Under the pieces are notes generated by a model, which saw only the letters and a list, made by a program, of their open reading frames with translations, made no database searches and was not told the DNA's origin. Below are positions 52,801 to 64,000 of a stretch of 64,000 bases of DNA, piece by piece. The DNA comes from Octopus sinensis. Its lineage: Eukaryota. Where the stretch lies: the NCBI RefSeq assembly GCF_006345805.1, contig NC_043010.1, positions 11,284,001 to 11,348,000 of the forward strand. Direction: 5' to 3'. The translations under genes and the position numbers were made by a program. Positions within the stretch are counted from its first letter, which is position 1. Every line of letters begins with the position of its first letter.

Positions 52801-53172
52801 TTATTACCTCTGCCTTAGCGAAGGCAGAGGTATTGTTTTCAGTCTTGTTTGCCTGTCCATGGACAAGATATCTCAAGAACCGCAGAATGGATTCGGATCG
52901 GATGAAACTTTTAGAGATTTTTGGCCTTGTGACTGACACAAACCGATTAGATTTGGAGATCAATCCAGTACCGGACAAGGATTCGGGATTATATTTCCTG
53001 TGTTTTTACTTAATTTTTGAGAGCGGTCAGGTTCATTTGCAGCGTTCTCTTTTGTGAGAGGAGTCGAGGTTTATTTAAGGTATTCTCATTTTAAAAAATC
53101 ATCTCTGGCTAATCCGTGAAAGGACGTTGGTATTGCGTTGGTGGAGGTTTGTGCTCTCTGAGTTGCTTTTGT
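52801..53172 (+). mobile_element. Helentron-derived (HINE/DINE-1-like) non-autonomous element
   Basis: TTATTACCTCTGCC-TTAGCGAA-GGCAGAGGT 5' palindrome, inverted sub-TIR GGTGGAGGT near the 3' end, then GCTCTCTGAGT and a T run. Confidence 0.65.
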
Positions 53173-53599
53173 TATTATTTTGTTAAGGTGGAAAACTGGC
53201 AGAATTGTTAGCATGTCAGACAAAATGCAAAGTAACAATTCTCCAGCTCTTTACAATTCTGAGTTCAAACTCTACCAAGTTTACTTTTCCCTTGTTGTTT
53301 TCTTGTCAGAGTTAATGAAATAAGCACCATTAAAATCCAGTGGTTGATGCAATCAAATTGTCCCCTCCCATTAAAATCGTTGACCTTGTGCCTAAATTAA
53401 AAGGAATTATTTTCCTGTTTTTTGAGCAGCAGTTAAGATTTTCTTGAAGTTCATTGTTTTGTTTAAATATTCTTCTTGTTGTTGCTTTAGTTTTTTTATC
53501 TGGAGATTCTCACAGACAATAGATTTTTAAAATCTTTTACAATGGCTTCTATTGTTATAGTGTTGTTATTGTTGTTTATGATTGTCATTGTCTATCATT

Positions 53600-54860
53600 G
53601 ATACTGTTGTTGTTGTTGTTGGTATTTTGCTCTGAAGTTTCACCTGTGATGTAGTCATATGATCAAAGATGCTCCAGACCAGTGCTTTTCAAACTTTTTT
53701 GCTGGAGCGGAACCCCAAGGAAACATTCCACTAGCCCGAGGAACCCCTGTGCAATAATTTATTAGTCTTATGCACACATATCTGCACAGGAGTCTTAAAA
53801 ATTACTGCCAATTTTAGCAGTTTTGTAACTTCTTGCGGAACCCCTGGACTGTACTGGCGGAACCCTAAGGTTCCGCGGAACCCTGGTTGAAAACCACTGC
53901 TCCAGACTGATCCATCCTAGCCAGTCTTTTTGTATATATATATCAGAGCTAATTACATCATCCAATATGATTTCTTTCTTTTCCTTTGAAGACAACTGGG
54001 GTGCCATGACTTGACGAAGATTTGGCTGCTATTTCTAGCAGTTCTAGACTGAAACCTCCCTCATAAGCTCAATTGTCATTGATATTGCTGACATTGTTGC
54101 CGCTGTTGCTGCTGTTGCTTACCCCAGGTCAGTCCTGCTAGAATAGACTCATGATCAAACCCTTCAGATTACATTATTCGATGTCATTTTTTAAATTGCT
54201 GGAGCATGATTTGAAGGATTTTAAGCTGCTATTTCTAGCAGGTCAAGTGACCTGCTAGAATATTTTTGCAATATTTACTTTGAATGCTATTCTTATTATC
54301 ATTGTTGTTCTGGTTGCTGCTTCAACTGCTGTTGTCGTTGTTATTATTGTTATTCTCTTTGAATTCATTGTTTTTATTATTGTTATAGTCATTCTAACAT
54401 TCTAGCCATGACCATCCCACCTTTTCAGACATAGTTTAGCTTGGACCACAATACTGAGAGTATCCTTCGGATTTCCCACTCATTTTTTCTTAAGAAGGTA
54501 GAGTGTGATTTCAAGAGAAACATTGCTGCTATTTCCAGCAGTCTGATGTGACCACATAGTGGCTCGCTCGCATTGTATAGCTGGTAGTGATGATGGCGGT
54601 GAAGGAAAAAGCAATGTTGGTACGTAGTATTTAGGACTATAACAGTAATAACAGAGGAGAATCTCATGGCAGAAATAGAAAATGCTAGTTAATAAAAGAA
54701 ATTTAACGAATATGTTAACAATTAACTGAAAGTGATGCTGAACAGATTGTTGATGTTGTTGATGTTGTTGTTGTGTTGTTGTTGTTGTTGTTGTTTTTGC
54801 TGATTTGTGGGATATTTGACTGCTATTTCTAGCAGATTGAGTGACCACATAAATGGGCTT
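53600..54860 (-). repeat. Array of about 4 decayed copies of an (AAC)n-tailed retroposon 3' module
   Basis: G(C/A)TGCTATTT(C)TAGCAG-like anchor at 54025, 54225, 54525 and 54818, separated by (GTT)n-like tracts. Confidence 0.6.
53680..53899. mobile_element. hAT-type MITE (220 bp)
   Basis: TIRs as in 18793; perfect 8-bp TSD CTCCAGAC. Confidence 0.93.
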
Positions 54861-56794
54861 CTTACAAAGGTCAACAAACTGGACTCTGAGAAAAAGACAA
54901 TAGCCAACAGAGTTAGCTTGTTGTGTTTTTTGTATCATTATTTTTGTTTTAGACACGAAAATAATAGCATGTCAGAATTTGTGTAAGATGGGTACTTGAA
55001 AGGAAAGGGGTAGTGAGAGATTTTATTTTCTTTTTTGTGAGTTTTTTTTTTTTTTATATTTTACATTAACCAGTCCAGGTATTTAAAAAAAAAAAAATAA
55101 ATAAAAGATCGATAAAAAGAAAATACGCAGAGAAAAAATGTCTCTCTGCTTACAAAAATACACACTGTAAAGTTTTCCAAGGGATACCATCAGCATTAAG
55201 AATACATAGTTAAGGGCAGGCTTAATAATATAGTGTAGTAATCCCCTCTCACAAAAAGAAAAGGAAAAATTTGGGGTTCATTATATTATATTAGTTTTAG
55301 CTTGCCCTTTAGTGAAACATACCACCTTGACAACTGATTGCAAAATATTCTCTCCCAGGAGAGAGACACAAGTTCTGCAAATATCTCAGCTGTCTTTTTG
55401 TTTGTTTGTTTTTTGTTTTTGTTTTTTTTTATTTTGATATTTTCCCCCTTCTTTTTTCTTTATTTTTTTTGTTCTTTTCAATGATCAGGATTTTATCCAT
55501 GGGGGACATTCGGTCAGTTGTCACATTCACTTACTGCTTTGTTGACTGCTGTGTGTTCTGGACAAAAACTGCATAGTACAGATATTGTTGTTGTTGTTGT
55601 TGTTGTTAGTGGTGACTGAGGTGGTGGTGGTGGCGTTGGTGGCATCGGTGGTAGTGGTGGTGACGACGGTGTTGGGTAATGGTGTTCATGTCAGCGGTGA
55701 TGGTAAAAGTGATGATGATGGTGAAGGTGATGTTGGTGGTGGTTTTGGTGGTGGTGGTGGTGGTGGTGGTGTTGGTAGTGGCGACGGGTGTCTGTCTCCA
55801 TGAATGTTGTCAGAGATGTTCAGTTCTGTCCCTTTCCTGATGTTGATAATGTTCTGGTCTTAGTTCTTTTATGTGCTACAAATTATCCGAAGCAAAGAAA
55901 AAGAAGAAAAAAAAAAAAGAAAGAAGATTTTTGAGTCTGTAAGAGAATGTCAAACGCTGGCAAAAAATAATAACAATAACAATAACAATATCAAAAAAAG
56001 AACAATAGAACAGCGTAGAAAAGAAAAGCATGACAATCGGAATGACAATGAAAACAAGCAACATTAAATACAAGACAAGCTGAAACAGGAACCATTAAAG
56101 AAAACAAGGAAAAGGAGCCATGTTAGAAATATGAAAAAACATTGGCATCTAGGGGAAGAGAGAAAAAAAAACCGTGGGATGTAAAAATGATGATGATGAT
56201 GATGATGATGGTGATGATGAGGATGATGATGACGATGACGATGATGAGGATGATGATGATGACGATGACGATGATGAGGATGATGATGACGATGACGATG
56301 ACAGTGATGGTGATGATGGTGATGATGATGGTGACAATGATGACAGCGACAATGATGATGACGATGACAATGATAATATGGTGGTAATGATGATGATCAT
56401 GATGATGGTGGTGGTGATGATGGTGGTGATGGTGGTGATGATGATGATGATGATGTTCCACTAAAAACTAAAAAAAAACTGCAGCAACAATACAAAGAAA
56501 ATAGTAAATAGTCCCAGCATTCACAAAGAGTAAGGGGGTGGTGTGGGGCGTGGTAGAGGGCAGGGTTTGCCATGCGGAAGAAAGCAAACATCATACAATA
56601 CATAGTGTAAAAAGATCTTCATGGAAATCTAGAAATAAATCGTAACACTTTGAGGTATATTCTCAAATCCACAACTGCATCACATCAGACTTATACAATC
56701 ACATTACAATAACTAATGTATAATTTATAAAGTGGTAGCTTCTATGTCAGTGTTCAACTATTTAGAAATAGCAGCTAAATCTATTTTGCATAAG

Positions 56795-57060
56795 GAAGCG
56801 AGCTGGCAGAATCGCTAACGAGCTGGGCAAAATGCTACCTGCCGTTTTGTCCGTCATCGCATTCTGAATTGAAATTCCAAAATGCTCTCCCTGCCGTTTT
56901 GTCCGTCATCACATTCTGAATTGAAATTCTCTTGAAATTCAACTTTGTCTTTCATTCTTTCAAGGTTGATAAAATAGGTACCAGCTGGTCACTGGGTCAA
57001 TGTAATTGACTTACCCTTCTCCCTAAATTGCTGGCTTTGTGCTAAAATTAGAAAGCGATA
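56795..57060 (+). mobile_element. SINE B-related copy with a ~52-bp internal tandem duplication
   Basis: CTGCCGTTTTGTCCGTCATC.CATTCTGAATTGAAATTC occurs at about 56840 and 56891. Confidence 0.7.
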
Positions 57061-57091
57061 TCTATCTTAAGTTACAATCTACTGTTTTATA

Positions 57092-57313
57092 CCCTTTCGA
57101 TACCAACCCAGCTGAAACTGCCTCTGGGTCTGTGGTACAAATGTGTTGTTTTCGTAAGTTTTGAATTAAAATCTTCCACTAAACCTGAGTCATAATTTAT
57201 GTTCCTAACACCAGCTTAATGATAACCATGTTATTTTGCTAAATTCTTCGTTATATTTAAAATTAATTGAAAGAAACACAGAGCATCTCAACAGAAATAC
57301 AGTAACAAAAAAG
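57092..57313. mobile_element. piggyBac-type MITE E
   Basis: CCCTTTCGATACC ... GTAACAAAAAAG|TTAA; opposite orientation to 40832. Confidence 0.8.
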
Positions 57314-58308
57314 TTAAAGAGAATGCGACATTATTAGATAATGTAGCTCTAGATATACAGCGCCTGAGTAAAGGACAGGATGGGCATGGTAGGAATGCCT
57401 TTAATGATAGAATATTCAAGTTGAAGCTGATTTGAGGATAAACTAGAGCAACTATAACAACAGCAATAATATTAACGTACAAGGTGGCCTAAAAATAGGT
57501 TTACAGTTATTCTACTTTCGATTTCACATTCATATATTATCAGTTTAGCTCCTAATTATAAAAATATATGAAACCATTATTCTATGCTAATTTAGTTAAC
57601 TGTAAGATACAAATTTAAATGTAATAGAATGTTTTAAATTTATACTGCTACACTACAATACTATAAATTAAACTACAACAGTCCATTACACTGCAACATT
57701 ACAACATTTCATATTACACTGTGATAACACACACTAGTATACTTGTATACAACAATATTCTACTTTACACTATGATAGTACTCTGCTCTATTATCCTTTG
57801 GCAACATTATACATTCTTACACCACAATACTCTACGGTTATATAAAAATATACGCTGCACTGAAGCAAATCACACGTGTAAAACAAAAGACAGATTTTAA
57901 AAAAATAGAAATGAATACAGGAAGATATCTCAAGGTTGTCACATCTCAACATTTCTTTATTTGATAAAAGTTCATCAAAACAACATCTAAAAGAGTAGCA
58001 GCAACTCCAGAAAGAGCAGCAGAAGTTTTAAAATTAAAGAAACAAAGAAGGATGTTGCCACGAAAACATGGCATTGGCATGTTTTCTTTGGAAAATATCA
58101 TAAACTTTCACTTCTTAAAATAAAGAATGCGTAAACCTGATGTCGTGTAAGAATTCAGGAATTTGTTTTGTTTGTTGGTGTGTTTGTCTATTTTTATCAG
58201 TGAAATGTTACAGTTTTTGAAATAGTTTCAATCATGATTTTCAAGATTTTGCACGAAATAATCTCCTCTAACAGAGCAGATTAGTTAAAATATTAAATAT
58301 ATTACTTA

Positions 58309-58376
<68 letters not shown>

Positions 58377-58764
58377 ATGATATACTACTGCTATACTACT
58401 ACTGCTGCTGCTACTGTTGCTGCTGCTGCTATTGCTACTGCTACTGCTGTCACCGCTGCCATCACTACCGCCACTGCCACCACTATTACTACTACTACTA
58501 CTGCTGCTGCTGTTACCACTGCTAATAATAATAGTAATATTGGTTTCAAATTTTGGAACAAAGCCAGCAATTTTGAAAGCTGGGGTAAGACCCCCAGTGA
58601 CTGACTGGTACTTATTCTAACAACCCTGAAGGGATGAAAAGTAAAGATGACTTTGCTGGAATTTGAACTCAGAACATAAAGCAAGATGAAATGCCTTTAA
58701 GCATTTTATCTAGTTTGTTAATGGTTTTGCCATCTTCCACCCTTAGATCACACAACCCGAAAGA

Positions 58765-58970
58765 CAATGACATTGCATGGTGCCCTCCACTCCAAGGCAA
58801 ATGTACACAGGCTCTACATGAAGAGGTGTAAAGATGGATGTGTGCTGAAGAGCATATGGGAGTGTATCAATGGTGAAAGAAGTGCATCAATGGCAAAGTA
58901 TTTGGTAAATAGAAAACAAGACCTGCTACCGTATACTGCTAAGGCAGAAGAATTTACCAAAAAATAGACT
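58765..58970 (+). mobile_element. R4/Dong-like LINE fragment
   Basis: MTLHGALHSKANVHRLYMKRCKDGCVLKSIWECI..E..SMAKYL matches the post-RT motif seen at 30.5 kb. Confidence 0.75.
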
Positions 58971-59091
58971 CGAGAGTGCTAATCAATTCTGATCACAAAT
59001 AGCCAATGAGGGAGAAGAAACTCTACTCTACATGGAATTACATGGTCAGCTCCATGTCTAGCAAAGCTAACAACTCTGCAAGCTCATCGCT

Positions 59092-59600
59092 GTAAATACC
59101 ACCACTACTACTGCTGCTGCTGATGATCATAATCATCATCTTCATGATGATAGAAGAAGAAGAAGAAGAAGAAGAAGAAGAAGAAGAAGAAGAAGAAGAA
59201 GAACAACAACAAAACAACAACAACAAAAACAAAAACAAGAAAAAGAAAGAAAGAAAGAAAGGAAGGAAGGAAGAAAGAAAGAAAGTAGGAAAGAAAGCAT
59301 TACTTTGGTAATTGACGTTTTGGTCATAAAAACCCTTTCATATAGGTAACATAGCAAAGATACCTTGGTAAATACCACCACTACTACTACTGATGATGAT
59401 GATAGAAGAAGAAGAAGAAGAAGAAGAAGAAAGAAGAAGAAGAAGAAGAAGAAGAAGAAGAAGGAGAAGAGCAAGAACAACAACAATAATAACGACAACA
59501 AGAAAAAGAAAGAAAGAAAGAAAGAAAGAAAGCATTGCTCTGGTAATTGACGTTTGGTCATAAAAACCTTTCATATAGGTAACATAGCAAAGATACCTTG
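59092..59600. repeat. Tandem duplication (276 + 233 bp)
   Basis: Both units begin GTAAATACCACCACTACTAC and end GGTAACATAGCAAAGATACCTTG. Confidence 0.92.
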
Positions 59601-59879
59601 ATCTAGCTGAACCAATTCCAACCCATCATCATACAATACAACTGATCATATGAATCATATTAACTATTTTTACCAATCACAGAGATTGTAGTTATCTAGA
59701 TTTCTTGTATCACCTCCAAGCGAAGCAGATTGCTTGGACGATAACCAACTTTGTTTATGTAAGCCATGTTCAACATTGTAGTCAATACAAATTTAATTAT
59801 TGAATTATAATAAATCATATCCTACAAAAAAGAATGGTAAAAATCAATCTAAATACAATTTAGTAAGAACGTTCAACTA

Positions 59880-60291
59880 GGCGCAGGAGTGGCTGTGTGG
59901 TAAGTAGCTTGCTAACCAACCACATGGTTCTGGGTTCAGTCCCACTGCGTGGCATCTTGGGCAAGTGTCTTCTGCTATAGCCCCGGGCCGACCAATGCCT
60001 TGTGAGTGGATTTGGTAGACGGAAACTGAAAGAAGCCTGTCGTATATATGTATATTATGATTATATATGTGTGTGTGTGTTTGTGTGTCTCTGTTTGTCC
60101 CCCTAGCATTGCTTGACAACCGATGCTGGTGTGTTTACGTCCCCGTCACTTAGCGGTTCGGCAAAAGTGACCGATAGAATAAGTACTGGGGTTACAAAGA
60201 ATAAGTCCCGGGGTCGATTTGCTCGACTAAAGGCGGTGCTCCAGCATGGCCGCAGTCAAATGACTGAAACAAGTAAAAGAGTAAAGAGTAA
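59880..60291 (+). mobile_element. SINE A, full length
   Basis: Consensus-like copy. Confidence 0.93.
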
Positions 60292-61096
60292 TGAGTAGTT
60301 GTATGTGGCCTGTCTAACTAGACAGGATGCTGTCTCACTTGTAAAATGCCAGGTTTGATACCTTTGTGAAGGGTCACCAGTCTTTTGTGTATGGTAGATA
60401 GAACATTCTGAATGCTATGAATAGAGGTGGCAACAAATATTATTCGATGATGCCATTATTGTTTGTGTGGTTGCGTGATTGAGAAGTGTGTTTTTCAGCC
60501 ATGTGGTCTTCAGTTCAATCCCATAACGTGGCATTTTTGGACAAGTGTTTTCTATTATAGCTTTGGGCCAACCAAAATTTTGTGAGTTGATTTCATCGAT
60601 GGAAACAAAGAGAAGTCTGCCATATGTGCATGCGTGTATATGTGTATGTGTGTGTGTGTGTATGCATGTATGTATGTGTGTATGTGTCTGTATATGTGTA
60701 TATGTATGTTTCTCTGTGTGTGTGTCTATGTGTGTGTGTGTGTATGCATGTAGGTGTGTATGTTTCTGTGTGTGTGTGTGTCTATGTGTGTATGTATGTA
60801 CATGTATGTGTGTGTGCATGCATGTATGTGTGTGTATGTCTGTATATGTGTATGTGTGTATGTTTCTCTGTGTGTGTATCTATGTGTGTATGTGTGTACA
60901 TGTATGTGTGTGTGCATGTGTGTGTGTGTGTAGTTGTCTTGACATCACGTGATGGTTGTAGATGAGCATCACCCTCATACAAGCAATGTTGTTCACTTCC
61001 ATTCTTCCATGGAAACCATATCTGGTCATGGGAAATGCTACCTTGCTTTGGAAAAAGGTAAGGATTGGTACATCCAGTCATAGAAAGTCTGCTTAA

Positions 61097-61319
61097 CTCT
61101 TTCATTACCAACCCAGCTGAAACCACCTCTGGCTCTGTAGTACAAATGTCTTGTTTTCATAAGGTTTGAATTAAAATCTTTTACCAACACTTAGTCACAA
61201 TTAATGTTCCTAACACTAGCTTAATGATAACTAAGTTATTTTACTAAATTCTTTGTTATATTTAAAATCAATTGAAAGAAAAACAAAGCATCTCAAAAAT
61301 AATTACAGTAACGAAAGGG
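61097..61319. mobile_element. piggyBac-type MITE E
   Basis: TTAA|CTCTTTCATTACC ... GTAACGAAAGGG|TTAA. Confidence 0.85.
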
Positions 61320-61419
61320 TTAAACAAATTTTGCCTGACCCATACAAGCATGGAAAAGTGGATAGAAAATGATGATGATCATGAATATGATGATGATAAA
61401 TATAAATATATATATATAT

Positions 61420-61880
61420 GCATAGCTGGGTAGTAGGAAATTTGCTTCCAAACCAGATGGTTCTGAGTTCAGTCTTATTGTGTGGCACTTTGAGCATTTT
61501 GGAATTAAAGTGTCTTCTACTAAAGCCTTGGGACAACTGAGTTCTTGTGAGTGGATTTGGTAGACGGAAATTGAAAGAAGCTCATCATGTGTGTGTGTGT
61601 GTATGTGTGTGCACGTGCGTGTGGGGGGTGTCTTTGTGTCTGTCTGTCTGTCTGTGTGTGTGTCTGTGTGTGTCTCAGTGTGTCTGTATGTGTGTGTGTG
61701 TCTGTATGTGTCTGTATGTGTGTGTGCATGTGTGTGTGTGTGTTGTGTGCGTGTGTTTTGTGTGCGCACATATGTGTATGTCTTTGTTCCCCACCACTGC
61801 TTGATAACTGGTACTGGTACTGGTGTGTTTACATCATCATAACTTAGCAGTTCAGCAAAAATGACCGATAGAATAACCAC
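61420..61880 (+). mobile_element. SINE A, older copy with an expanded internal (TG)n
   Basis: GGTTCTGAGTTCAGTC...GTGAGTGGATTTGGTAGACGG...GACCGATAGAATAA. Confidence 0.8.
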
Positions 61881-62155
61881 ACAGATGATGATTTGCTTAT
61901 AGTGATCAGATGTCTGTGCTCACACAAGCTCTCTCCCACCATTAAATTGACATTATCTGTTCAGATGCACAGGGGCATGTCGTGCCTCACGTCAGATAAT
62001 AAAATGATAACAGAACACTGTGAAAATGAAGTGATTTACTCAAGAACACAGCATAAATCCTGGTCTGGGAATCGAAACCATGATCACACAATCATGAGTG
62101 CAACACCCTAACAACGAAGCCATGCATGTATGTATGTATATATATATGTATATAT

Positions 62156-62235
<80 letters not shown>

Positions 62236-62239
<4 letters not shown>

Positions 62240-62520
62240 CGAAGCCAGTGCCGCCTCGACTGGCTTCCATGCCGGTGGCATGTAAAATGCACCAATCCGA
62301 CCATGGCCGTTGCCAGCCTCACCTGGCACCTGTGCGGGTGGCACCCACTACACTTACGGAGTGGTTGATGTTAGGAAGGGCATTCAGCTGTAGAAACATT
62401 GCCAAATAAGACTGGAGCCTGGTGCAGCCTTCTGGCTTCCCAGATCCCCGGTCGAACCGTCCAACCCATGCTAGCATGGAGAACGGACGTTAAACGATGA
62501 TGATAATGATGATGATGATG
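62236..62520 (+). mobile_element. Family C retroposon 3' part with a (GAT)n tail
   Basis: Ends GGAGAACGGACGTTAAACGATGATG; near-identical to the reverse complement of 38124. Confidence 0.88.
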
Positions 62521-62754
62521 ATATATATATTACAGATTCTTGTTTGGATATTTACCCTCTGGCTGCACCTCTCCTACATACAGATGACTGTGGACTCTAC
62601 TCTTGATGAGAAATCCTTGCAATACACCACAACCTCAAAAACAAAAACTTTGAACTTTACGTAAAATTGTTATTATTGTCATTACTTTAATTTAATATTT
62701 ATTTTTATACTTTCTAAACTTTCCTGTATTTCTCGTGTGTGACCCTTCTGTCTG

Positions 62755-62946
62755 AGCCAGTTGCCATGATAGATCGTTAGCCACTACACACATTTTTTCT
62801 CTCCTTGTTTTTTCTGTGTCCCTTTCTGTAGAAGAGCGTAGGCTCGAAACGTAAAAGACTTTTTCTATTCCTGAGCGTTATACTAATACATCTGTTTGTT
62901 TTGTACACCACCTGTCTTCCTCTTTCGTTTTTTAGTAAACTCTCCC
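62755..62946 (+). mobile_element. Putative Penelope-like terminal repeat ending CTCCC(TA)n
   Basis: Hammerhead-like motif followed by about 93 nt and then (TA)n; the assignment is inference. Confidence 0.55.
62822..62857 (+). ncRNA. Putative minimal type I hammerhead ribozyme, A6U variant
   Basis: CUUU-CUGUAGA-A-GAGC(GUAG)GCUC-GAA-ACGU-A-AAAG: palindromic stem III, GUA triplet. Folded by hand. Confidence 0.5.
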
Positions 62947-63114
62947 TATATATATATATATATATATATTTAAGTAGGTGAATGAATTATCCTCTGTTTA
63001 TCGTCAGCATGGAAAATTCGTTTAACCGAAACCTGGGTAGCAAATTCATGTCTTCGAAACATATGTCGAGAGTAAAGGAATTTTGTTAACATCTTCGTTC
63101 AACTCCATTCTTTC

Positions 63115-63163
<49 letters not shown>

Positions 63164-63250
63164 CATACATACATACATACATGCATACATATATATATAC
63201 AGACACTCACACACCCATACATACACACACACATACACACACATGTATAC

Positions 63251-63295
<45 letters not shown>

Positions 63296-63937
63296 TATAT
63301 TTAATGACTTGTTTCACGGAAGATTACAGTTAATAAATGTTTCGTCTTTTCCCCTTCTGGGTATTTTTGATAACCCAGTCAGATGACTGATTATTTAAGG
63401 GAAAGCTTCTGCATATTTTATCAAACTTTTCAAACTTTACGATAAGGGTTAAGTTATGCTCGGCTTCTGGTGTTCATTGCACCAATCTGCTGCCTGCAAC
63501 TCACCAATGCAGGTGAAACAACTCTTCATGCCAGAGATGTCTGGTTCCATCAGTAATCTTGAACCAAATTTATTAATATTGCTTCTAGTCTGTCATTTAT
63601 TTCTTTACAGTTTGCTAGTTTCCAATTTATGATTAATGCTTCAATGAATTAGTTCTTGGGGGGGAAAAAAAATAACATCGAACAATGAAATTACATAAGC
63701 TCTAGAAATACGTATTAATATTTTTCTATCATTATTCTTTTTTTTTTATATTTTTTATTTTCTTATTTATTTTGGAAATATATTGTTTTAATGATTTATC
63801 ATTATGAAAATTTGACATTAAATTGTAATTCTGATACCAATATTAAGCATGATAAAAATTCTCTTCTAATTGAAAAAAGAAAAGAAAATTATGACTTAAA
63901 AACTAAGGTTATTATTTTAAAGATAGTTTAAGAATAC

Positions 63938-64000
63938 CTATTTCTTTATTACCCACAAGGGGCTAAACATAGAGGGGACAAACAAGGACAGACATAGGTA
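63938..64000 (-). mobile_element. SINE B 3' end, cut by the window edge
   Basis: TATTTCTTTATTACCCACAAGGGGCTAAACATAGAGGGGACAAAC. Confidence 0.85.

Noticed and set aside
41920-54860. Spaced repeats superficially like CRISPR arrays (41.9 kb minisatellite, 54 kb anchors)
   Set aside because: Eukaryotic context, low-complexity or homologous spacers, irregular spacing and no cas genes.
57478-57510. TACAAGGTGGCCTAAAAATAGG, resembling a Tc1/mariner TIR
   Set aside because: No matching second TIR was found.
60317-60336. Short perfect hairpin CCTGTCTA-AC-TAGACAGG
   Set aside because: An 8-bp stem is expected occasionally in 64 kb and is too short for a pre-miRNA.

Overview
64 kb of repeat-saturated, AT-rich animal genomic DNA with one 100-N assembly gap (10137-10236). 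The SINE families and the extreme microsatellite load look like an octopus (coleoid cephalopod) genome; this is inferred from repeat content only. No host protein-coding gene, rRNA, intact tRNA or CRISPR array can be supported, and almost all ORFs in the track are microsatellite translations. The window reads as a large intron or gene desert. It holds about 20 copies of a ~410-bp tRNA-headed SINE (called A here), three other retroposon families (B, C, D), a full-length but dead Tc1, a decayed Hsmar1-like mariner, R4/Dong-like LINE relics, several non-autonomous Helitrons and one Helentron-like element, hAT and piggyBac-type MITEs, many nested insertions and local duplications. Family letters are working labels, not database names. 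The most interesting signal is a set of four short (TA)n-bounded elements. Three are asymmetric fold-backs, and two fold by hand into minimal type I hammerhead ribozymes with variant cores (G3:C8 swap; A6U). Together they suggest non-autonomous Penelope-like or retrozyme-like retroelements. All coordinates and alignments were done by eye, and element boundaries without TSDs are approximate.
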